Source: Clostridia bacterium
GTDB taxonomy: Bacteria; Bacillota; Clostridia; RGIG6154
Assembly: GCA_045535635.1 (NCBI GenBank)
Contig: JAZSLZ010000040.1
Coordinates: 1 to 49,142 of the forward strand
Direction: 5' to 3'
DNA length: 49,142 nucleotides
The notes beneath the pieces are model-generated. The model was given only the letters and a program-made list of their open reading frames with translations. It searched no databases and had not been told where the DNA came from. Positions 18,562 to 26,507 of the stretch are shown here, piece by piece. Made by a program: the position numbers and the translations under genes. The first letter of the stretch is position 1. Each line of letters starts with the position of its first letter.

Positions 18562-19373
18562 CAGGCACAGTATTCGATATAAAAGAATTTTCCCTTCACG
18601 ACGGACCTGGTGGCAGAGTTACAGTTTTTCTTAAAGGTTGCCCTTTAAGATGTAAATGGTGTCACAATCCTGAGGGACTAAAAACAGAAAAACAACTTTT
18701 AGTAAAGACCGCACAATGTACAAACTGCGGTCTTTGCAAAAAGCCATGCGACCATCCTGAGTGTCAGCCTTTCGGCAGATGCATAAAGGTATGCCCTAAA
18801 AATTTAGTCCGTATATGCGGAACTGAATATAAAGCAAAAGACCTTGCAGATAAAATACTTGAATATTCAGACTTTTTTGAATTAAATAATGGCGGTGTTA
18901 CCTTTTCAGGCGGCGAACCTCTTCTTCAACATAAATTTTTAAAAGAAGTTTGCTCACATCTTAACGGTGTTCATAAAGCCATACAAACAAGTGGATATGC
19001 CGATGAAGAAATTTTCAAAAACACAATTAAATGCTTTGACTATGTTATGATGGACATTAAAATAGCAGACAGAGAAAAGCACAAGGAATATACAGGTGTT
19101 TATAACGATGTTATTTTAAATAACTTTGAGTTTCTTAAAAACAGCGGTATTCCCTATATCATAAGAGTTCCACTTATTCCTGATATTACAGATACCGAAG
19201 AAAACTTAAAGGGCATATCAGAAATAGTAGGTTCTTCACCTGTTGAGCTTTTGTCTTACAATCAAATGGCAGGTGCAAAATACGAAAGTGTGGGAATGGA
19301 ATACACCCTCACCAAAGAAAAAAACAAAGAGCCTGATTTAACTATATTCAAAAACGCAATACTTTCAAAATAA
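18558..19373 (+). CDS. Glycyl-radical enzyme activating protein (radical SAM, with ferredoxin-like Cys insert)
   Basis: 271 aa. CPLRCKWCHNPE (CX3CX2C) plus CTNCGLCKKPC and CQPFGRCIKVCP motifs. ATGA overlap with the GRE gene. Confidence 0.9.
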   Translation: MTGTVFDIKEFSLHDGPGGRVTVFLKGCPLRCKWCHNPEGLKTEKQLLVKTAQCTNCGLCKKPCDHPECQPFGRCIKVCPKNLVRICGTEYKAKDLADKILEYSDFFELNNGGVTFSGGEPLLQHKFLKEVCSHLNGVHKAIQTSGYADEEIFKNTIKCFDYVMMDIKIADREKHKEYTGVYNDVILNNFEFLKNSGIPYIIRVPLIPDITDTEENLKGISEIVGSSPVELLSYNQMAGAKYESVGMEYTLTKEKNKEPDLTIFKNAILSK

Positions 19374-19398
19374 GACTTTGCCATATTGCAAAGTCTTA
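19371..19398. terminator. Bidirectional hairpin terminator between the activase gene and the convergent small ORF
   Basis: TAAGACTTTGC / GCAAAGTCTTA, 11-bp stem, 6-nt loop. Includes the activase stop codon. Confidence 0.6.
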
Positions 19399-19403
19399 TT
19401 AAT

Positions 19404-19568
19404 TTATAATATAAAAAAGTTGTATCCTATGTCTAATTCTTTCAGGTGCGGATATTTCTCAACTTCCTCTTGCCACATTTCTGCCATTATTAAATGCACT
19501 CTGTATTGTTTTTTTATTTTTGGTGTAGGGTTGGTAAGAGGTTTGTATTTTTTTCTGTTTAATTTCAT
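19404..19568 (-). CDS. Hypothetical small basic protein (54 aa)
   Basis: Below the ORF-track size cut-off. My translation: MKLNRKKYKPLTNPTPKIKKQYRVHLIMAEMWQEEVEKYPHLKELDIGYNFFIL. RBS GGAGA 7 nt upstream of the ATG. Lies directly downstream of the leader/terminator at 19584-19732. No family recognised. Confidence 0.3.
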   Translation of the reverse strand: MKLNRKKYKPLTNPTPKIKKQYRVHLIMAEMWQEEVEKYPHLKELDIGYNFFIL

Positions 19569-19583
19569 AAATTTTCTCCAATT

Positions 19584-19609
19584 AAAAAAGTGCGCCCCAA
19601 GAGACGCAC
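19584..19609 (-). terminator. Intrinsic terminator / attenuator at the 3' end of the structured RNA
   Basis: On the minus strand: GGTGCGTC-TCTTGG-GGCGCAC followed by TTTTTT. Confidence 0.5.
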
Positions 19610-19630
19610 CGAAAAAGTGTTTCTCCTTTG

Positions 19631-19732
19631 TTGCTACACAAATAAATCTTCACAAGCGAGGATTATTAATAGAGAAAACACCTTTTACCAAGGTATTCCC
19701 TCACTTGTGAATTTTATTCATTTGTGTAGCAA
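19631..19732 (-). ncRNA. Candidate structured RNA (cis-regulatory leader or sRNA), class not recognised
   Basis: 102-nt extended hairpin. Outer 13-bp perfect stem (19631-19643 with 19720-19732), inner ~13-bp stem (19649-19661 with 19699-19711), apical ACCTT-GGTAA-AAGGT mini-hairpin. Flanked by a consensus promoter and a terminator. Confidence 0.45.
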
Positions 19733-19736
19733 AATT

Positions 19737-19765
19737 ATTATAACACAACATAAAAGTATTTGCAA
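19737..19765 (-). promoter_or_regulatory. Near-consensus sigma-A promoter driving the structured RNA
   Basis: On the minus strand: TTGCAA (19765-19760), 17-nt spacer, TGtTATAAT (-10 at 19742-19737). The predicted start falls at the base of the hairpin. Confidence 0.55.
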
Positions 19766-19766
19766 G

Positions 19767-19809
19767 AAAAACAAAAGAGGCTGTTTAAAAACTCAGTTTT
19801 AAACAGCCT
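19767..19809 (-). terminator. Rho-independent terminator of the GT2-DUF1292 operon
   Basis: 13-bp stem AGGCTGTTTAAAA / TTTTAAACAGCCT, followed on the minus strand by CTTTTGTTTTT. Confidence 0.75.
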
Positions 19810-19826
19810 TCTGTTACAAGGGAATG

Positions 19827-20096
19827 TTAAAATATTTCAGGATGGTTTTTCTTATATGTTTCGAAGATTTTTTCGATTATGTCAAGTTCGTAGACAATTT
19901 CAAACATTTCTTCGTCATACTCATCTTCACCCAGATATTTTACGATTACATACTCGTTTATACCTTTTGTTAATGGATATAAAACTGCATAGCTTTCGCC
20001 ACCGTCTTCTATAATATCCACTATTTCAAATTTGATTTCGCTTCCGTCTTCGTCCTGAAGAATAAGAAGATTTTCATCATTTACTTTTTTACTCAT
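19827..20096 (-). CDS. DUF1292 family protein
   Basis: 89 aa, acidic. The LILQDEDGSEIKFEIVDIIEDGGESYAVLYPL pattern is typical of DUF1292. Confidence 0.75.
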   Translation of the reverse strand: MSKKVNDENLLILQDEDGSEIKFEIVDIIEDGGESYAVLYPLTKGINEYVIVKYLGEDEYDEEMFEIVYELDIIEKIFETYKKNHPEIF

Positions 20097-20107
20097 AAGT
20101 ATTTCCT

Positions 20108-21343
20108 TTATTTCTCAATTTCAGCAAGAGAAATTGTTCTTGTATGCTGAGTGTGGAACCATTCTTTATTGTTCTTCTTGAATGCACCAACAACTGCAAT
20201 TGGGAACCAAGTGAATGTATAGAAGTAATATGGAATGTATCCTTTAATTACTTTCCAGTTAAGTCTGCCTTCAAAGAAAAGAGTACAAGGTACAAATAAA
20301 AGCTGACAAATTGTAATTGTGTTCCATATAAAAGCAGGTACTACATCACCAAATGTGAAGAATGTTCCAGGGAAAAATGTGTGTGTAAAGCTCATAAAAG
20401 TAATATAGAAAAGAGCAATAAGTCTGATTGGCTGGAAAAGATAACAAGCACAATCGATTGGAATAATCTTACCTTCTTTAATACCCTTTTTCATAAGCTT
20501 TGTGAAAAATCTTGTGAAAACATCTGCGTGTCCCTGCATCCATCTTACTCTCTGCTTGTATGACTGTGAAAGTGTAAGAGGTTTTTCGTCATAAACAATT
20601 GCATCATGTGCCCAGCCTACTTTAATGTCGTTTAAAGTAAGCTTCATTGTGAATTCCATATCTTCTGCAAGGCAAGTTGCACCCCAACCGATTTTTCTTA
20701 AAACATCAGTTGATACGGCAAAACCTGTTCCGCAAAGCTGACAGCACATACCAAGTGTGTATCTTGCGTACTGGAACACTCTGTTAATGCTCCAGAATGA
20801 AATTGCATAAGAAAGTGAAATCCATGAATCGTATGGATTTTTTGTGTCAATATAGCCCTGAACTGCCTTAAATCCTTTATTGAACTGTTTATTCATCTGG
20901 TTTAAGAATTCAGGATGAACGATGTTATCTGCATCAAATACAGAAATTGCATCGTAGTCCATTTCATAAATTTTTTCGAACATCCAGTCAAGAGCATGGC
21001 CCTTACCTCTGAGTTCGTTATTTTTTCTCTCATAAACCTGAGCACCATGCTGTCTTGCGATTTCTGCAGTATTATCTGTGCAATTATCTGCAATTACGAA
21101 GATGCCATAGCTTTCTTCAGGGTAATTTATATTTTTCATAGAATCTACCAAGTTGCCAATTACCACTTCTTCGTTGTGTGCGGAAACAACAAGCGCAAAC
21201 TTATGAGTTTTATTTGTTGTATTTGTTGCTTTAGGTTCTTTTCTGAATAAACAGCCGACTAATGAAATTACTGTATAGTAGCCGCCGATAATGAGCATTG
21301 CTACCTGGATTACTACACTTACAAAATATAAGAATCCTTCCAT
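20108..21343 (-). CDS. Processive family-2 glycosyltransferase, integral membrane (IcaA/NodC/HasA-like synthase architecture)
   Basis: 411 aa. N-terminal TM helix, VVSAHNEE, DADN, LAEDMEF and QRVRWMQG (QxxRW) motifs, 3-4 C-terminal TM helices. RBS GAGGTG. Confidence 0.8.
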   Translation of the reverse strand: MEGFLYFVSVVIQVAMLIIGGYYTVISLVGCLFRKEPKATNTTNKTHKFALVVSAHNEEVVIGNLVDSMKNINYPEESYGIFVIADNCTDNTAEIARQHGAQVYERKNNELRGKGHALDWMFEKIYEMDYDAISVFDADNIVHPEFLNQMNKQFNKGFKAVQGYIDTKNPYDSWISLSYAISFWSINRVFQYARYTLGMCCQLCGTGFAVSTDVLRKIGWGATCLAEDMEFTMKLTLNDIKVGWAHDAIVYDEKPLTLSQSYKQRVRWMQGHADVFTRFFTKLMKKGIKEGKIIPIDCACYLFQPIRLIALFYITFMSFTHTFFPGTFFTFGDVVPAFIWNTITICQLLFVPCTLFFEGRLNWKVIKGYIPYYFYTFTWFPIAVVGAFKKNNKEWFHTQHTRTISLAEIEK

Positions 21344-21504
21344 TTTTACACCTCATAAAATATTTATTTTTTTGCAACCAATTAATATTACTACAATTTT
21401 TTAAAAAATGCAAGTCTTTTTTTTATTTTTTTATTTTTCTTTACAAAAGTTGTACTTTATAGTAAATTATAAGTAGTAATATTTATGAAGGTGAGACTTG
21501 TTTT

Positions 21505-22842
21505 ATGAAAAGCAAAACTATGTATATATGTTCCTCTTGTGGTTATTCTTCCCCGAAATGGTCAGGAAAATGCCCCGATTGCGGTGAATGGAACTCACTT
21601 GTTGAGGAAATTGTTGCCGAGGAAAAAACTTCCAAATCAAAAGCATCAGTTTCTCATATTGAACCTGTAGCTTTAAATGATGTTAAAGTTAACACCGAAA
21701 TCAGATATACAAGCTCTATTAAAGAGCTTGACAGAGTTTTAGGCGGAGGAATTGTTGAAGGCTCACTTGTTTTAGTTGGCGGTGAACCGGGAATTGGAAA
21801 ATCAACACTTCTTTTACAGATTTGCAAATATGCAAACGAAGATATTTTATATATTTCAGGAGAAGAATCTGCTTCTCAAATAAAGCTTCGTGCAAAAAGA
21901 CTTGAAGTGAATAACGAAAAGTTATCACTTTTATGCACCACTTCCCTTTCAAATGTAATCAACGCCATTGAGAAAAATAAACCTAAAATTGCCATTGTGG
22001 ATTCTGTGCAGACCATTTCATCCTCCGACCTTTCTTCTGCACCAGGAACCGTAAGCCAGATAAGAGAGGTAACTCTTGCACTTATGCAGGTAGCGAAAAA
22101 TAACGGCACCACTATTTTCATAGTTGGTCACGTTACTAAAGAAGGTGCTATTGCAGGTCCGAGAGTTCTTGAACATATGGTGGATTGTGTATTATATTTT
22201 GAAGGAGAAAGACAGACAAACTTCAGAATTTTAAGAGCAGTAAAAAATCGTTTTGGCTCAACAAACGAAATCGGTATTTTTGAAATGCACGACACAGGAC
22301 TTGAAGGTGTATTAAACCCTTCCTCTGCACTTCTTGAAAAGCACGATATGATAAGCTCAGGTTGTTGTATTACCTGCACAGTCGAAGGAACAAGACCAAT
22401 TCTTGCAGAAATCCAGTCTCTTGTATGTCCAACATTTTTCCCTGCACCAAGAAGAACTGCCTCAGGTCTTGACTACAACAAGGTTATGCTTCTTCTTGCA
22501 GTACTTGAAAAAAGACTTAAATTAAATCTTGGAATAAATGACATTTATGTTAATGTTGCAGGTGGAATGAGAATTTTGGAGCCATCTTCTGACCTTGCAG
22601 TTGTTCTTGCAGTTTATTCAGGGCTTAAAGACATTATAATAGACACAAAAACAATTGCAATCGGCGAGGTCGGTCTTTCAGGTGAAGTTCGTGCGGTATC
22701 ATCAATAGAGCTTAGAATTAATGAAGCAAAAAAGATGGGCTTTGAAAAAATCATCATACCATACGGAAATTTTATTCACTTAAAAGACAACTCTGGTGTT
22801 TTCGGTGTAAAATCTATACAAGACGCTATTAAATTAATATAA
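21505..22842 (+). CDS. radA: DNA repair protein RadA/Sms
   Basis: 445 aa. Zinc ribbon CSSCGYSSPKWSGKCPDCGEWNS, Walker A GEPGIGKST, KNRFG motif, Lon-like C-terminus. Confidence 0.95.
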   Translation: MKSKTMYICSSCGYSSPKWSGKCPDCGEWNSLVEEIVAEEKTSKSKASVSHIEPVALNDVKVNTEIRYTSSIKELDRVLGGGIVEGSLVLVGGEPGIGKSTLLLQICKYANEDILYISGEESASQIKLRAKRLEVNNEKLSLLCTTSLSNVINAIEKNKPKIAIVDSVQTISSSDLSSAPGTVSQIREVTLALMQVAKNNGTTIFIVGHVTKEGAIAGPRVLEHMVDCVLYFEGERQTNFRILRAVKNRFGSTNEIGIFEMHDTGLEGVLNPSSALLEKHDMISSGCCITCTVEGTRPILAEIQSLVCPTFFPAPRRTASGLDYNKVMLLLAVLEKRLKLNLGINDIYVNVAGGMRILEPSSDLAVVLAVYSGLKDIIIDTKTIAIGEVGLSGEVRAVSSIELRINEAKKMGFEKIIIPYGNFIHLKDNSGVFGVKSIQDAIKLI

Positions 22843-22848
22843 AAATCT

Positions 22849-22877
22849 TTGACTTTTTTCTTGTATTATGGTATAAT
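22849..22877 (+). promoter_or_regulatory. Putative sigma-A promoter of carD-like gene
   Basis: TTGACT, 17-nt spacer, TGgTATAAT (extended -10). Confidence 0.55.
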
Positions 22878-22920
22878 TATACTATAATAAAAGGTTTTTC
22901 GACACAAGGAGGGTATTTGT

Positions 22921-23400
22921 TTGTACAAGCTTGGTGATAAAATTGTTTATCCTATGCACGGAGCAGGAATTATAAAAGCCTTTGAGGAAAAAGAAATCCT
23001 TGGAAGCACTCAAAAATATTATGTTCTGGAAATCTCCGGCATTGAAGCAACTCATCTTGTCCCTGTAGCTACAGCGGATACCATTGGTGTGCGCCCTGTT
23101 ATCACAAAAGATATTGTTGAAAATATTTACTCTCTTATTGCAAAATACACCGAAGAAGATACTTCTAACTGGAACAAGCGTTATCGCGAAAACTTAAGAA
23201 AAATGAAAACAGGTTCTCTTGAAGAAGTTGCAAAGGTTGTTTCTTCCCTTACATTGAGAGAATTTGAAAAACCACTCTCAACAAGTGAAAAAAAGATGCT
23301 TACAAACGCAACCAACATTTTAGTTAGTGAGCTTACTCTTGCAACAGACGAAACCTGTGAAAATATACATAAAAAACTTAAAGAACTTCTTTTAAAATAG
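22921..23400 (+). CDS. CarD/CdnL family transcriptional regulator (RNAP-interacting)
   Basis: 159 aa. N-terminal MYKLGDKIVYPMHGAGII is typical of the CarD_CdnL_TRCF domain. TTG start behind AGGAGGG. Confidence 0.85.
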   Translation: MYKLGDKIVYPMHGAGIIKAFEEKEILGSTQKYYVLEISGIEATHLVPVATADTIGVRPVITKDIVENIYSLIAKYTEEDTSNWNKRYRENLRKMKTGSLEEVAKVVSSLTLREFEKPLSTSEKKMLTNATNILVSELTLATDETCENIHKKLKELLLK

Positions 23401-23407
23401 CTTTATT

Positions 23408-23436
23408 ACAGACTGCCTGAACAGCAGTCTGTTTTG
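23408..23436 (+). terminator. Rho-independent terminator after carD-like gene
   Basis: ACAGACTGC / GCAGTCTGT stem followed by TTTT. Confidence 0.7.
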
Positions 23437-23482
23437 CACTTATTTTTTAAGTTTTAATTTAAATTAGAAAAGGAAAATTGTT

Positions 23483-24031
23483 ATGATAAAATGGCCGGTT
23501 GAAATCCCTGAATTTGACAACGAAGAATTTGAGACTATGTGCAAATTCTCCCATCAGACTGATGTTGCGGATTTTGGGAAAAGAAGAGCAAAAGCTCTTG
23601 GTTATGATAATGAAGATCTTTCTATTTCTTCAGGTGCAATAATCAATTATGTACCAAACGAACAAATTGGTAAAAATGTAAAAATAGGTCTTTACAACTA
23701 TATAAAGGGCGATGTTACAATTGGTGACAATGTTTTAATTGGACCTCATTGTTCTATAGCAGCAGGTAATCATAAATTTGATCCTGAGACAGGATGGTTT
23801 TCAGGAAGAACTGAAAATGATTATGATAACAGCATAGTTATAGGTGAAGGCTCGTGGCTTGCAAGTAATGTTACCGTAACTGCAGGTGTTAAAATTGGCA
23901 AGGCAAATCTCATCTGTGCAGGTGCAGTTGTTACAAAAAGTACACCTGACTATGCTATAATAGCAGGTATTCCTGCAAAGCAGATAGGCAGAATAAATCC
24001 AAAAACCGGTGAGTACATCTGGGAGAAATAA
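23483..24031 (+). CDS. Hexapeptide-repeat (LbH) acyl/acetyltransferase
   Basis: 182 aa. Left-handed beta-helix repeats (IGDNVLIGPHCSI, IGEGSWLASNVTV, IGKANLICAGAVV), maltose/galactoside O-acetyltransferase-like. Confidence 0.8.
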   Translation: MIKWPVEIPEFDNEEFETMCKFSHQTDVADFGKRRAKALGYDNEDLSISSGAIINYVPNEQIGKNVKIGLYNYIKGDVTIGDNVLIGPHCSIAAGNHKFDPETGWFSGRTENDYDNSIVIGEGSWLASNVTVTAGVKIGKANLICAGAVVTKSTPDYAIIAGIPAKQIGRINPKTGEYIWEK

Positions 24032-24033
24032 TT

Positions 24034-26115
24034 ATGAAACCATTTCCAACCAAAAGAACCTCAACTACACAAAATTTTATGTTTCCATCAATAGGGGAAG
24101 TTGTATATGAAACTCCCCCTACTTTTATTTGGATACCTGTAGAGGGTGCAGAAAAATACATTTTGTCTGTATATGACGAAAACAAATCTCTTATTGAAGA
24201 AATTTCTACTTGTAAAATATATGCCAATATTTCAAAGCCTCTTGAAAGTGGAAAATATTTCTGGAAAATTGAAACAAACACTCACGCAAGTGATTTTATG
24301 GAATTTTACATATCAGAAAAAGCTATACATTTCAAAAGACCTGACGCTAAAACGTTGTTTGAAAATTATCCAAGCGAAAGACCTGCATATCTATTCTGCA
24401 AAGACCAGATATGCACCCTCAAAGAAACAAAAGCATTTGAACTTAATGTTTTGAAAAACAATGTTAAGGTTGCATTAGACAGGGAACTTCCTACCATGCC
24501 TGTTTATCATATTGACGGCAAAAGGGCTGAATACCGACAGTATTTTGCTGACCACCGAACATATAATGACAGAGATATGGTTGCCTGTGCACTTATGTTC
24601 GCACTTACCGATGACCAAATTGCCGGTAATAAAGCAAAAGAATTGATGATGAGGGTTTGTGGTATGAATCCTTTAGGACCTTGTGCCATTGATGGGGACT
24701 TTGAAGATGAAATAGGCATAAGTAATATACGATGTATTCCACCTGTATTTGATATGATTTTCCCTCTTTTAAATGAAAAAGAGCAAAAATATGTAGCACA
24801 AACCATTGCAGTTTACGCACAGCAGTGCGAAAATAAACTTAAACTCATCAATTATGAACAAAACCCATCAAATTCACATGTGGGCAGAATACCTGCCTAT
24901 CTTGGCGGTGCATCACTTGTTTTGAAAGGCACAGGTGTTTGCGATGATGAAACACTGATACGATGGCTAAAATACGCTCTTGATATATACTGTGGAATTT
25001 TTCCATACTATGGAGGAAATGATGGAAGCTGGGCAGAGGGTACTTTTTATTCTACCAGTTACACTAAATGGTATCTACCCTTCTTTTCAGCTGTAGAAAG
25101 ATTTTCAGACGGCAGTCTGTTTAACAGACCATTTTACCACAGATACACAAATTTTTTAATACATTTTTGCAATAAGGATTATGAAATTCATCCATTTTGT
25201 GATGGTTACTGGTGCGACAGTGACTCTGAGGAATGGCCAGGCTTCTTTGCACAAAACCCTTATGCTGTATATGCAGAAAAATTTGGTCCTGAACTTGCAA
25301 AAATCAGGAGTGCAAAAGCATCAGAACAAAAGTTCTATATGCTGCATCTTCTTGATTTATTTTTACCAGAGCTTAAAAAAGAGGAAAAAACATTAACAAA
25401 AGAACCTGAAAATGTTGAAGTTTTTCCTGACGGCGGATTTATAGCTATGCACACAGATTTAACAGATGATAATGACATCTGTGTATTTGCAAGAGCGTCA
25501 AGATTTTCTTACGATAGTCACAGACATGCAGACCAAGGCTCTTTTGCCTTGTTTTCAAAAGGTGTTGCTCTTATAACCCCATCTGGATATTTTGGAAGAG
25601 GGTATGGAACAAATCACCATTTTAAATGGATGAAAAGCACCAAAGCGCACAACTCACTGTTATTTAACGGAATTGACCAGAGAGTAGTAAACCCATTGGA
25701 TGCCACAGGTAAAATAATATCTGTTGACAAAGGCAACAAGCACTGTATTCTTGATATGAGCAGTGCATATCCAAACATTAGTTCGTGGCAGAGAGAATTG
25801 ATTTTAAAAGACAAGCTTTTAACTGTAATTGACACAGTTCATTCTGACGAAAACATAGAAATTACTTACCCACTTCACACTTTATCTCTTCCTTATGAAA
25901 AAGATGGTAAGGTTTATGTAGAAAGAAAAGGCGAAAAACTTGAAATAGAAGCACAAGATATTTCTTTGGTGGAAATAACAGATAAATATGATACCGATCT
26001 TAATGACGGTGTTCCAAAAGAATATCACGTAACAATGCCACAACAATACCACATTTACTTTAAATCCAAAAAATCAAAAAATCATAAAATAGTTGTGAAA
26101 TATAAAATAGACTAA
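24034..26115 (+). CDS. DUF4962 / heparinase II/III-like family protein (putative poly- or oligosaccharide lyase), no signal peptide
   Basis: 693 aa. N-terminal PPTFIWIPVEGAEKYILSV (DUF4962-like) and C-terminal SHRHADQGSFALFSKG, typical of the heparinase II/III family. Starts 2 nt after the acetyltransferase stop. Confidence 0.7.
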   Translation: MKPFPTKRTSTTQNFMFPSIGEVVYETPPTFIWIPVEGAEKYILSVYDENKSLIEEISTCKIYANISKPLESGKYFWKIETNTHASDFMEFYISEKAIHFKRPDAKTLFENYPSERPAYLFCKDQICTLKETKAFELNVLKNNVKVALDRELPTMPVYHIDGKRAEYRQYFADHRTYNDRDMVACALMFALTDDQIAGNKAKELMMRVCGMNPLGPCAIDGDFEDEIGISNIRCIPPVFDMIFPLLNEKEQKYVAQTIAVYAQQCENKLKLINYEQNPSNSHVGRIPAYLGGASLVLKGTGVCDDETLIRWLKYALDIYCGIFPYYGGNDGSWAEGTFYSTSYTKWYLPFFSAVERFSDGSLFNRPFYHRYTNFLIHFCNKDYEIHPFCDGYWCDSDSEEWPGFFAQNPYAVYAEKFGPELAKIRSAKASEQKFYMLHLLDLFLPELKKEEKTLTKEPENVEVFPDGGFIAMHTDLTDDNDICVFARASRFSYDSHRHADQGSFALFSKGVALITPSGYFGRGYGTNHHFKWMKSTKAHNSLLFNGIDQRVVNPLDATGKIISVDKGNKHCILDMSSAYPNISSWQRELILKDKLLTVIDTVHSDENIEITYPLHTLSLPYEKDGKVYVERKGEKLEIEAQDISLVEITDKYDTDLNDGVPKEYHVTMPQQYHIYFKSKKSKNHKIVVKYKID

Positions 26116-26132
26116 CCGTTTGGTTAGTCTAT
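26107..26132. terminator. Bidirectional hairpin between convergent genes
   Basis: ATAGACTAACC-GTTT-GGTTAGTCTAT, 11-bp stem containing both stop codons. No strong T-run. Confidence 0.45.
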
Positions 26133-26498
26133 TTCTGCTATTACTTCAATTTCTGCAAGTACATTTTTAGGAAGTGCTTTTACTGCTACGCAAGAACGGG
26201 CAGGTTTGCCTGTAAAATATGATGCATAAACTTCGTTAAATTCTGCAAAATCTTCCATATTCTGTAAAAAGCAAGTTGTTTTTACTACTTTTTCAAGGCT
26301 TGTTCCTGCTTCTTCAAGAACTGCCTTAAGATTTTCACAAATTTGCTTTGTCTGTTCTTTAATTCCTGTTGCTTCAACATTTCCTGACTCTGGATTAATT
26401 GGAATTTGTCCTGATGTAAAAACAAGATTTCCTGTTTTAATCGCCTGTGAATAAGGGCCTATTGCCGCAGGGGCTTTGTTTGTATTTACAATATTCAT
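26124..26498 (-). CDS. ridA: RidA family enamine/imine deaminase (YjgF/L-PSP)
   Basis: 124 aa. [11 protein letters not shown] and the [22 protein letters not shown]-terminus. Confidence 0.9.
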   Translation of the reverse strand: MNIVNTNKAPAAIGPYSQAIKTGNLVFTSGQIPINPESGNVEATGIKEQTKQICENLKAVLEEAGTSLEKVVKTTCFLQNMEDFAEFNEVYASYFTGKPARSCVAVKALPKNVLAEIEVIAEID

Positions 26499-26507
26499 AT
26501 TTCCTCC

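Noticed and set aside
19378-20014. Plus-strand ORFs of 70-110 aa in the GRE/DUF1292 intergenic region.
   Set aside because: They run through terminator hairpins and the inverted repeat, and have no RBS and odd composition. The minus-strand promoter-hairpin-terminator reading explains the region better.
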